Source: Candidatus Hermodarchaeota archaeon | Lineage (GTDB): Archaea; Asgardarchaeota; Thorarchaeia; Thorarchaeales; Thorarchaeaceae | Direction of reading: 5' to 3' | Assembly: GCA_048885865.1 (NCBI GenBank) | Contig: JBHLLF010000011.1 | Span: forward strand, 1 to 64,000 | Length of the DNA: 64,000 nt | In this document: positions 38,929 to 47,146 of the stretch, piece after piece | How positions within the stretch are numbered: the first letter of the stretch is position 1 | How the letters are laid out: every line of letters starts with the position of its first letter | The notes under the pieces: generated by a model | Database searches by the model: none | What the model saw: only the letters and a program-made list of their open reading frames with translations | Told to the model about the DNA's origin: nothing | Program-made: the position numbers and the translations under genes

Positions 38929-40059
38929 ATGAAGCTTGAGAGAGTGAAACGTGACTTCATCCGATACATGGAAGAAGTCCATGGCGCAAATCCCTACCCC
39001 CGCAATTTCTTTGGGTGCGTTATGGCCATTAGTTCTGAAAACGAACCAGTCAGTCAGGATAGGATAATGGAACTTACTGGCTACTCCCAGGCTACAGTAT
39101 CACTTGCTATCCAAAAGATACAGCTGCTTCTACCAATACGTGCTGCAAAGAAGAAGGGTGACCGCAGGAACTACTATGTCTATGATGATGCAGCTAGTAG
39201 CTTTGTTCTTGATCTTCTACAGAGACGAGTGGACGTACAGGATGTTGACATCAATCTAGTTGATTCCATTCTTGAGAAATCCAATGACCGGGATGACAAG
39301 GATGAAACAATCATACGTTTCAGAAGATATCTCAGAAATATGCGGCTCTATCTCAATCTGATTCACCAAATTCGAAGTGCCAGTGTTGAGCCATTCAAGC
39401 AGGCTCTGTCCTCTGGATCTTTGAAAAACCTCGGTCTTCAGGATGAGAGTGTTTTGGAAAAAGGTGCTCTGTCAGAATTCCTTTTGAAGCTCAAGAAGAT
39501 CACCTCGATTACGGAGGAAGAACTCCCTGATGGCGAGGACCATATGACCGGCGACATCTTGCTCCTAAAGAATGAATACTTCACGGGGATTAAGACCTAT
39601 CTGAATCCATTGTTCTCTCAGGCGATGGCCAACCAGCTGGTGGTAGTTCATTGCATCCTGCTTGAAGGCTGTGTCACACAGGATCAAATAGAACGAGCAA
39701 CTCTCCTTCCCAGAAGCATCATTTCAGAAGTTCTTGCCTACGCTGTAAAGAGGGGGATTGTGAAAGTTTCAGGGTCTCGCCCGAAATACTACCGTCCAGT
39801 AGTATCGTTTTCTGATTTGATGCTTGCCAGTTATGATCGTGTAGCAAATTACATCGTTCTCGTTACAAAGCAATTGTCCGAGTTTGTCAAGAAGACTCGC
39901 CAGGTTCGTCCAAAATCCAAAGCGGTCACCGACTTCTTAGATTTCCTGACAGAACTTGAGAACGCCTACAAGCTGGCTCGCGCCTTCTCGATAAATATGA
40001 AAGTACAGACTGTAAAGCAATTGAAAGCGGAATTTGAACATGGGTTTGAGTTTATCTGA
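38929..40059 (+). CDS. Tandem GbsR/MarR-like winged-helix regulator
   Basis: VSQDRIMELTGYSQATVSLAI..KGDRRNYY and VTQDQIERATLLPRSIISEVL..RPKYY. Confidence 0.75.
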   Translation: MKLERVKRDFIRYMEEVHGANPYPRNFFGCVMAISSENEPVSQDRIMELTGYSQATVSLAIQKIQLLLPIRAAKKKGDRRNYYVYDDAASSFVLDLLQRRVDVQDVDINLVDSILEKSNDRDDKDETIIRFRRYLRNMRLYLNLIHQIRSASVEPFKQALSSGSLKNLGLQDESVLEKGALSEFLLKLKKITSITEEELPDGEDHMTGDILLLKNEYFTGIKTYLNPLFSQAMANQLVVVHCILLEGCVTQDQIERATLLPRSIISEVLAYAVKRGIVKVSGSRPKYYRPVVSFSDLMLASYDRVANYIVLVTKQLSEFVKKTRQVRPKSKAVTDFLDFLTELENAYKLARAFSINMKVQTVKQLKAEFEHGFEFI

Positions 40060-40252
40060 AGACGACGAATTCCAATTGCAGAGATTTGGTCTTCTTCTAA
40101 TCAAAGAAAACACTTTCTAAGTAACTTAGATTTCAAGAATAATGATATACTCATTCGATGTCTGGTCGCATGATAGGATGAACTAATTATATTCATCAGG
40201 TCACGCTAGATGTAGGTATTCTGCAAATGTAAGATGAATTCCTAGTTTCTCA

Positions 40253-42982
40253 ATGGAGGGTATTGCATTGAAAAGAACCACAATCACCTTGATTTTCATA
40301 TTGACATTTAGTACATTCTCTGCAGCAGTTCCAATTTCTACAGATTTTGCTACAGCGAGTGAAATTGCAGTTGTGTCTACGACGCTTTCTGCAGCACCAG
40401 GATACGAGGTTGCTGTGATCAGGATAAGCGACGACGCACCTGTATTGGATAGCACTCCAGACACTAATTATGAGCAGTCGAACTTGCTCGACTGCAGTAA
40501 TGCGAGTGGAGATATATCTCGTTCATGGTTGAAGTTCAACCTCACGCACCTACCAAACAACCTTCATTTTGCAAAAGCGACAGTGAATCTGTTTACTGTC
40601 TATGGTTCCGGTTCTGTAGATTACCCCAGAGGGATTTTCATGTCTGAAAATGACTCTTGGACAGAGAAAACCATCACTTGGAATAATCAGCCTGTGTACA
40701 ACTCAATCCCTGCAGATGTAATAGATTCACCAGCAAGTCCAGATATGTTCGACGTTGGTTTTTGGTATACATGGGAGATAACTGAAGAAGTTGTTCAAAC
40801 AATGGAGCAAGATGGAATTCTTACACTAGTTCTATCTTTTGAAAATGAGAGTACCACCGGCACTTCCAATCTAGGGTTTTCATCAAAAGAATATGCAATC
40901 ACTCTCGGTGATTCAGGGTATCATGTTATGCCCCACATATCAATTGAATATGCAGTTCCATCAACTTCAGATCTTTTGGTCGATGGTTTCTCAGAATCAC
41001 CTCAGATTGACTACATAAATAGTGCAAATCCTGAGTTCAGTTGGACATTTAATGATGGAAACCAAGATGATATTCAAAAGAGTTTCGAACTTGAAGTATG
41101 GAACAACTCTGCCTTTGATGATACACTCTTGATGCGGAAAAATAACAGTGAGATTTCAGTTATACACGACACCGGAGGAGCTGGAATAATACCTCCAGGT
41201 GATGCTTTCAACGCCCCCTATGAATTGCGTTTTCAATATAAATGGCCTTCATCAATGATTCCTAAATCTGGCGTTGTTGACAAGCTACTATTTGAGATGG
41301 ACAAATTGTCTGGGACAACAACATACAATGATTTGGCAATCTATATGATCAGTGTAGACGATTCAAGTGACTTAACGACTGATTTCGAGGCTAATTACGA
41401 TGGTGGAACACCAATCCAAGTGTTGAATCGATCCCAATTTACTGGAATAACAAAAGATGGATTCATGGCAATCGATATAGAAAATACATTTGTTGTGTCA
41501 TCTAGCTTAAACCTGATTATTGAATTGCGACACACAGGTGCATCGGGCACAATTGTAAATTGCAACTACACAGTTAGTGGTGGCTCAATTGCAGGTAGCG
41601 CAGATCCTGTGCCTGATGGTGGTGCATATTACGGTTCAACTGCAGATGCTGTTAGTGCCCGAACTCACGGTCTTAGACTTGAAATTGTGAGTAATGATGT
41701 GTTTTCAGATGGTGCTTCGACAAACAGCATTCCGTTTGGGCTAAGTCTGGGAGATTCAGGAAGATTTCAATTCAAATACAATCGAAGTATGATTAACGAT
41801 GAAGGCATCATTGACAGGATTCTCTTTCCTGCAGGTATGACTGGTGATGTCGTATACGAGAATTTCTCAGTTTATCTTATCGAAACTCCACTAGAGGGAG
41901 AACTTAGTCACACAGATATGGATAGCAATTACGCAGGGATGACTCCAACGCTAGTACTATCTACAGATGAGTATATAGTGCGTGATATAGGAGGAGTATT
42001 AGTCATTGATGTGGATGACCTATTCTTCTATTCAAATACATACAATCTCATGCTAGAGTTGAGATTCGACAGTTTTGTCAGTGGAGAGCAACGAGCGATA
42101 TTTCAAACCGGGCAAGGTGGATATCGTGCGTTTGATTCTAAAGCATTCGAAGGAAATGATACTGCAACTTACAACATGATTTTAGATTTCATCTACGAAT
42201 CAAATTCAGTAGAGTATAGCGGCTCACCATTGGTCAATGCAACGACATACTACTGGCGAGTCAGAACTTACGATAGCATGGGAATTTGGAGTCCATGGGC
42301 AACAGGCAGTTTCAGATACGAAATCCTGGAGAGTGCACCAGTTTGGTCCAATCTTGCTGAAACTACGAGTCCGATTGAGCTGGGAGAATCAATGACTATC
42401 TCGATCGATGCTACGCACATCACTGGAATCAATCAGGTTCTATTAGAATTCAATGGAATGAATCACACAATGTCAAAATCAGGTGATTCCTTCTCGTATT
42501 CGTGGATTCCTGATTCAGTTGGAACTATTGCTTATACCGTTTATATGGAACCTTACTCAGGGTCATGGACTTCTGTTTCTGATAGCGTTGGTGTTGTGGA
42601 CACTACAGCGCCTACTTGGATTCAATCTCCAGCAGACAAAGTACTGATGTTCGGAGACCCGTTGAGTTATCAACTGATGGCTACAGACTTGTCCGGTATC
42701 GCTACTTGGACAATCGATGACACGACCAATTTTGAAATCACCAATGGACTGGTGACAAACAAAACTGTCCTAGCTCCAGGAGGCTATCATCTGAGTGTCA
42801 CAGTTACTGACAACGAAGGAAACAGTGCTTCAGCATCATTCATAGTTGCTGTTCTTGAGTCCACAGCCACAACACCGACACAACCAGGCCCCTTCGATGC
42901 TTCGATTGGAGTAATAGCAGCTCTTGTTGGAGTCATTGCTGTTCTCGTGATCATCATTGCTTTGCAGAATCGAAAGTCCTAG
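40253..42982 (+). CDS. DNRLRE/CBM96-like domain surface glycoprotein with Ig-like repeats and TM anchor
   Basis: PDTNY, RSWLKFNL, WTEKTITWNNQP, FSSKE, YYWRVRT and DTTAPTW motifs; C-terminal TM. Confidence 0.78.
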   Translation: MEGIALKRTTITLIFILTFSTFSAAVPISTDFATASEIAVVSTTLSAAPGYEVAVIRISDDAPVLDSTPDTNYEQSNLLDCSNASGDISRSWLKFNLTHLPNNLHFAKATVNLFTVYGSGSVDYPRGIFMSENDSWTEKTITWNNQPVYNSIPADVIDSPASPDMFDVGFWYTWEITEEVVQTMEQDGILTLVLSFENESTTGTSNLGFSSKEYAITLGDSGYHVMPHISIEYAVPSTSDLLVDGFSESPQIDYINSANPEFSWTFNDGNQDDIQKSFELEVWNNSAFDDTLLMRKNNSEISVIHDTGGAGIIPPGDAFNAPYELRFQYKWPSSMIPKSGVVDKLLFEMDKLSGTTTYNDLAIYMISVDDSSDLTTDFEANYDGGTPIQVLNRSQFTGITKDGFMAIDIENTFVVSSSLNLIIELRHTGASGTIVNCNYTVSGGSIAGSADPVPDGGAYYGSTADAVSARTHGLRLEIVSNDVFSDGASTNSIPFGLSLGDSGRFQFKYNRSMINDEGIIDRILFPAGMTGDVVYENFSVYLIETPLEGELSHTDMDSNYAGMTPTLVLSTDEYIVRDIGGVLVIDVDDLFFYSNTYNLMLELRFDSFVSGEQRAIFQTGQGGYRAFDSKAFEGNDTATYNMILDFIYESNSVEYSGSPLVNATTYYWRVRTYDSMGIWSPWATGSFRYEILESAPVWSNLAETTSPIELGESMTISIDATHITGINQVLLEFNGMNHTMSKSGDSFSYSWIPDSVGTIAYTVYMEPYSGSWTSVSDSVGVVDTTAPTWIQSPADKVLMFGDPLSYQLMATDLSGIATWTIDDTTNFEITNGLVTNKTVLAPGGYHLSVTVTDNEGNSASASFIVAVLESTATTPTQPGPFDASIGVIAALVGVIAVLVIIIALQNRKS

Positions 42983-43104
42983 GTTGCGGATGAAGAGCGA
43001 GTTCAAAGCATGATGACCTTCAGAGTAAGCTGAAGCGCCATCTAACAATCAACTCGTTGGCACTGAGAGAAATGCCCTTAAGACAGGTTCTTTGAATTTG
43101 CGTT

Positions 43105-44331
43105 ATGCTTGAGGTCACGCTTGATCAAGCCAGGAGATTCATCCTCGAAACTCAGGGTCTTAGAACCAGTCGCCAGAGTCGTTCAGTACTGGATGTTGCG
43201 AGAAGAATTCACTCCATCCAGATTGACACTATATCAGTTGTAACTCGGAGCCACAACCTCATCACATGGAACAGGTTCCCGAGATACAAGGAGGGAGATG
43301 TCTGGAAAGCTCAGAAGGAAGGAAAGCTGTTTGAATGGTGGTCTCACGCTATGTGTCTGATGCCCATTGAGACGTATCCCTTTACTGCTTGGCGGAAGCA
43401 ATTCTATCCTGATGACCTCTGGAACTCTTTCAAGAAATGGAGTGCGCAGAATAAGCAAACCATAGAGCAGGTGTACAGGAAAGTCAAGAAGGATGGCGCG
43501 GTCAATAGCGCCTCAATGGGAGAGAGGAAGGCAAAGTCCGACGGCTGGTGGGACTGGAAAGCCGAGAAGCGGGCTCTTGAGTATTTATTCTACACAGGGC
43601 GGCTAATGGTGCCCTATCGAAAGGGATTCCAGAAGCATTATGATCTCACAGAGAGGGTACTCCCAGCAGGAATTGACTCTGAGCCACTATCTGATGATGA
43701 AGCTGCAGAGTTCGTCGTGATGACGACATTGGCTTCCCTGGGTCTGGGGAGTCAAGAAGATTTTCGAACCTATATGGGCCGGATGCCATCTCGAGTATTA
43801 TGGAAGAACAAAGCCACGGCTGTTGAAGAGTATCTAGAAGAGGTTGCTCAGGAAGGAGTCATTGAAGAAGTCTCGATTCCAATGCTGAAAGACCGCTACT
43901 TCGTACTCAAAAGGAACCTCCGTCGGCTCAAAATGGCGTCTAATGTGGAGAACGACCAAGTACCAGTTAAAATCCTCAGTCCTTTTGATAATATCATTCG
44001 CGAGCGCCATTATCCAAAGAAGATCTGGAACTTTGAATACGCCCTTGAGTGTTACACACCAGCTGATAAACGCAAGTATGGCTATTTCACGCTTCCACTA
44101 CTTGATGGCAGCAATCTTGTTGGTCGTGTTGATGCAAAGGCTCATCGAAATGAAGGTGTGCTAGAACTGAAGTCACTTTATCTGGAATCTGACTTCTGGA
44201 AAACAGATGAGGGAATCATAAGATTAGTCGAAGGATTGAAGAATTTTGCCAATTTTCATAGAGCTGAGCAACTAAAAATCGAAAAAGTGCGTCCAAAAGA
44301 GGCAAAATCGCCTATTTTGTATCAAATGTGA
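43105..44331 (+). CDS. ycaQ: YcaQ/AlkZ (HTH_42) interstrand-crosslink DNA glycosylase
   Basis: IQIDTISVVTRSH (QxD), LFEWWSH, ILSPFDN, YALECYTP..KRKYGYF.LP and GRVDAKA motifs. Confidence 0.9.
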   Translation: MLEVTLDQARRFILETQGLRTSRQSRSVLDVARRIHSIQIDTISVVTRSHNLITWNRFPRYKEGDVWKAQKEGKLFEWWSHAMCLMPIETYPFTAWRKQFYPDDLWNSFKKWSAQNKQTIEQVYRKVKKDGAVNSASMGERKAKSDGWWDWKAEKRALEYLFYTGRLMVPYRKGFQKHYDLTERVLPAGIDSEPLSDDEAAEFVVMTTLASLGLGSQEDFRTYMGRMPSRVLWKNKATAVEEYLEEVAQEGVIEEVSIPMLKDRYFVLKRNLRRLKMASNVENDQVPVKILSPFDNIIRERHYPKKIWNFEYALECYTPADKRKYGYFTLPLLDGSNLVGRVDAKAHRNEGVLELKSLYLESDFWKTDEGIIRLVEGLKNFANFHRAEQLKIEKVRPKEAKSPILYQM

Positions 44332-44448
44332 ATTATCGCTTCTCTTACGAAAAGAATTATGTGCATAAATGTAAAGCATTTTGTGGATACGTAGTGTGTG
44401 GAACTAGAGACTTGGGTCATTGTTACAGTATCTATTTCCTAGGAGAGT

Positions 44449-45066
44449 TTGAGAATGAGTGATTCCCGGTGGACACGCTGGTATAAGGCAGTCCTCATAG
44501 GCGACGGAGCCGTCGGGAAGACAAGTCTCAAGAGAAACTATCTCGGCGAGGACTTCATGGAAGGTCACCTTCCTACAATTGGAGTTGACTTCGCTCAGAA
44601 GTCAATCGATTATGAAACTGGCACGGTGAAGTTTATCATCTGGGACCTTGCGGGCCAGCCCTCCTTTGAAAGGGTGCGTCGTCACTACTATCAGGGAGCT
44701 AATGGGATATTTCTTGTCTATTCCGTGATAAATAGAAAATCATTCGACAATGCAACGAAGTGGCTTGTTGAAGCCTACAGATACATGGGGAGCTTGCCTC
44801 CGACCATTGTGATTGCCAACAAGATTGATCTCCGGCCCGAAGAGCATGACGATTCAATGATTTCCACAGAGGAGGGGATAAGATTCGCGAACTTCTACAG
44901 CGAGAGGATGGAAGTTCCAACATCATTCAGAGAGACCTCAGCTCTTACTGGCGAAGGAGTGCAGGATGCTTTCAGCGAGCTGATCAGCCTAATGAGTGAA
45001 ACCGGAGAGGTCAATATTCCTGAACGTGCAGAAGTTCGTAGTGGTGGAACTGAGAGCAAAATCTAA
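44449..45066 (+). CDS. Rab-like small GTPase (Ras superfamily)
   Basis: GDGAVGKTS, TIGVDF, WDLAGQ, YYQGA, NKID and ETSA motifs. Confidence 0.95.
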   Translation: MRMSDSRWTRWYKAVLIGDGAVGKTSLKRNYLGEDFMEGHLPTIGVDFAQKSIDYETGTVKFIIWDLAGQPSFERVRRHYYQGANGIFLVYSVINRKSFDNATKWLVEAYRYMGSLPPTIVIANKIDLRPEEHDDSMISTEEGIRFANFYSERMEVPTSFRETSALTGEGVQDAFSELISLMSETGEVNIPERAEVRSGGTESKI

Positions 45067-45205
45067 ACTTGCCGAATCATTTGGCATGATAACACTAACC
45101 TTATCTTGTGTGCTGTAACTAAGGTTGTTCACCAATTCCTAGGCGGCACCCGAGAGCGCTAAATTAGGGCAAAAGAACGCGTTGACGAACATGGAGATGA
45201 GGTAA

Positions 45206-45793
45206 TTGCGAGACCAAGATAATGGAAGCCTAATCTATAAAGCAGTTTTAATCGGCGACGGGGCAGTTGGGAAGACGTCCATACGACGCAATTATCTTGG
45301 AGAAGATTTCATTGAGGGTCACCTCGCAACAATAGGAGTTGACCTCGCAACCAAGAAGGTATTATTTGGCGAAAACGTCGTGAAATTCATCATCTGGGAC
45401 TTGGCAGGTCAACCAACATTCGAGAAGGTCCGAGGGCATTATTATCATGGATGCAACGGAATCGTCCTTGTATATTCAGTGGTTGATCGAGACTCTTTTG
45501 ACAATGCTTCCAAGTGGTTGGTTGAAGCGTTCAAGAATATGGGCCCCCTGCCTCCAACAGTTATTGTTGGGAATAAGATTGACCTCCGACCTTTGCGGCA
45601 AGCAGACAAGATAGTGACCACTGAGGAAGGCAAGAAGTTCATGCAGTACTTCATTGAGAAACTTGGAGTTCCCGCCATCTTTAGAGAAACCAGTGCAAAG
45701 ACAGGCGAGAACATCCTTGATACATTCGAGGAACTTCTTCGCATGATGGCTGAAGCAGAAGCTGGCAAAGAGTCTGACAAATTCGTTGGCTGA
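45206..45793 (+). CDS. Rab-like small GTPase, tandem paralog
   Basis: GDGAVGKTS, TIGVDL, WDLAGQ, YYHGC, GNKID and ETSAK motifs. Confidence 0.95.
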   Translation: MRDQDNGSLIYKAVLIGDGAVGKTSIRRNYLGEDFIEGHLATIGVDLATKKVLFGENVVKFIIWDLAGQPTFEKVRGHYYHGCNGIVLVYSVVDRDSFDNASKWLVEAFKNMGPLPPTVIVGNKIDLRPLRQADKIVTTEEGKKFMQYFIEKLGVPAIFRETSAKTGENILDTFEELLRMMAEAEAGKESDKFVG

Positions 45794-45941
45794 AGCATCC
45801 AGCAACCTTGCATTTTCAATTCGTTTGCCTGAAGTTTAGCTCCATGAGGGCGTGTACTGCTTAGAGAATGCGTTATTCCGAATACAGCTTTGCCTACTGG
45901 TCCCTCACTGCATGAATATAACAAGGAATATTTCATTTTGG

Positions 45942-46014
45942 ATATATCGTATCCGATATATATAAAGCGCAGCTGCAACTATAATACAGTCCCGATATAT
46001 CCTTACGGATATAA
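45942..46014. promoter_or_regulatory. Copper-regulon operators 1-2 (ATATATC-N6-GATATA[TA])
   Basis: ATATATC-GTATCC-GATATAT (45942-45961) and ATATATC-CTTACG-GATATAA (45995-46014). Confidence 0.8.
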
Positions 46015-46115
46015 GCGGCCTTAGGAAATCTGAGCAAGGACTCTTACCTCAATGAAACGATTGTCCGCGTCCAGAGATGCTGATGGCTGCATCTAAGGGA
46101 TTGCAGGTGAATAAA

Positions 46116-46268
46116 ATGCCAAAATGTCCAGTTTGCGGTATGATGGGAAAACCCCACATTAAATCAACCTACAAGGGGAAGACATACTATTTCATGAGCT
46201 TCCAGCATAAGGAGATGTTTGACGCAAATCCAGAGAAATTCAACCTTGAAGTGGGAGTTGACGAATGA
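46116..46268 (+). CDS. Small YHS/TRASH-domain protein (putative Cu chaperone, CopM-like)
   Basis: MPKCPVCGM...YKGKTYYFMSFQHKEMFDANPEKF; GGTGA SD. Confidence 0.85.
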   Translation: MPKCPVCGMMGKPHIKSTYKGKTYYFMSFQHKEMFDANPEKFNLEVGVDE

Positions 46269-46331
46269 TTACAGTGCTACTTTGCCCCAACTCCTTGTGC
46301 TACTGATCAGCTCCCCACTTCCCCTTTTTTT
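46248..46331 (+). terminator. Hairpin overlapping the YHS stop codon, followed by oligo-T
   Basis: GAAGTGGGAGTTGA (46248-46261) pairs with TCAGCTCCCCACTTC (46307-46321), followed by a T7 tract. Confidence 0.6.
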
Positions 46332-46345
46332 ATCTATACAGCCTC

Positions 46346-46378
46346 AATATCTGTACTGATATATCCCATTCGATATAT
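46346..46378. promoter_or_regulatory. Copper-regulon operator 3 (overlapping tandem sites)
   Basis: AATATC-TGTACT-GATATAT overlapping ATATATC-CCATTC-GATATAT (46359-46378). Confidence 0.8.
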
Positions 46379-46438
46379 TTATATTCCTCCTTTCAAGTTT
46401 AGAATTAGACTTGTGCATAGATAGCAAGATTGAGGAAT

Positions 46439-46547
46439 GGCCCCGGTAAATAGGCAACTTTTATGGGGCTGGTGCCTTAATTGGGCTGCAGTTGACGCTG
46501 AGGATCCCTGGAAACAAGAACTGCGGACCATAAGTTAATTGGGCGCT
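46439..46547 (+). ncRNA. Candidate structured 5' leader RNA of the PadR-TRASH regulator
   Basis: Stems GGCCCCG(G)TAAA/TTTATGGGGCT, GGTGCCT(T)AATTGG/TTAATTGGGCGCT and CTGCAGTT/AACTGCGG. All non-WC pairs are G-U on the + strand. Confidence 0.5.
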
Positions 46548-46564
46548 AAGAGGGTGTAATTACG

Positions 46565-47035
46565 TTGGCAGAAGAAAAGACAATGCAGAAGATGAAAGAA
46601 GTAGACCTTGACATTCAAGAGATGCTAGCCGATTTTTCTCAATTCTATATAATATTGATGTTGAACGAGAAACCCTCGCATGGCTATGGTCTCATGAAGG
46701 GATTTGAGCGCCGAACGGGGAAGAAGCTGAGTCCCGGAACGCTCTACCCGTTTCTACAACAGCTCGAAGAAAAAAGACTGGTTACGCAGAAGCAACAAGA
46801 TGTTGGAAAGAAACGGAAGATTATCTACTCATTAACAAAGAAAGGCAAGAAATTGAGTGACCGGTTGTTCAAGCGCTTTGCAGCAATTACTGCTTCTGCA
46901 CTTGGATCCAGTCTTGAGGTATGCGCAAGCTGTGGTGCCCGGATCTATGAAGGTAGCCATCACGAAATAGTGGATGGCACTAATCTTGCGTTTTGCTGTG
47001 TTCATTGCGCAAAAGCATTCAAGCAGAGTTTATAG
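46565..47035 (+). CDS. PadR-family regulator with C-terminal TRASH metal-binding domain (putative copper sensor)
   Basis: PSHGYGL, LSPGTLYPFL and YSLTKKG PadR motifs; CASCG...AFCCVHCA TRASH motif. Confidence 0.88.
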   Translation: MAEEKTMQKMKEVDLDIQEMLADFSQFYIILMLNEKPSHGYGLMKGFERRTGKKLSPGTLYPFLQQLEEKRLVTQKQQDVGKKRKIIYSLTKKGKKLSDRLFKRFAAITASALGSSLEVCASCGARIYEGSHHEIVDGTNLAFCCVHCAKAFKQSL

Positions 47036-47081
47036 ACTGTGACCGCGGGGCAGTCCCAGGAATAGGAGGAACCAAATACTT

Positions 47082-47101
47082 ATATATCGTACACGATATA
47101 T
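47082..47101. promoter_or_regulatory. Copper-regulon operator 4 upstream of copA
   Basis: ATATATC-GTACAC-GATATAT. Confidence 0.8.
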
Positions 47102-47146
47102 CTGATACGACATTATCTGATGAGATACTAACCAAGGTGAAGAAAG

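Noticed and set aside
46266-46424. Selenoprotein readthrough of the YHS gene (UxxC)
   Set aside because: The extension crosses the T-tract terminator and the next operator, looks non-protein-like, and there is no canonical downstream SECIS. Kept only as a caveat in the hairpin finding.
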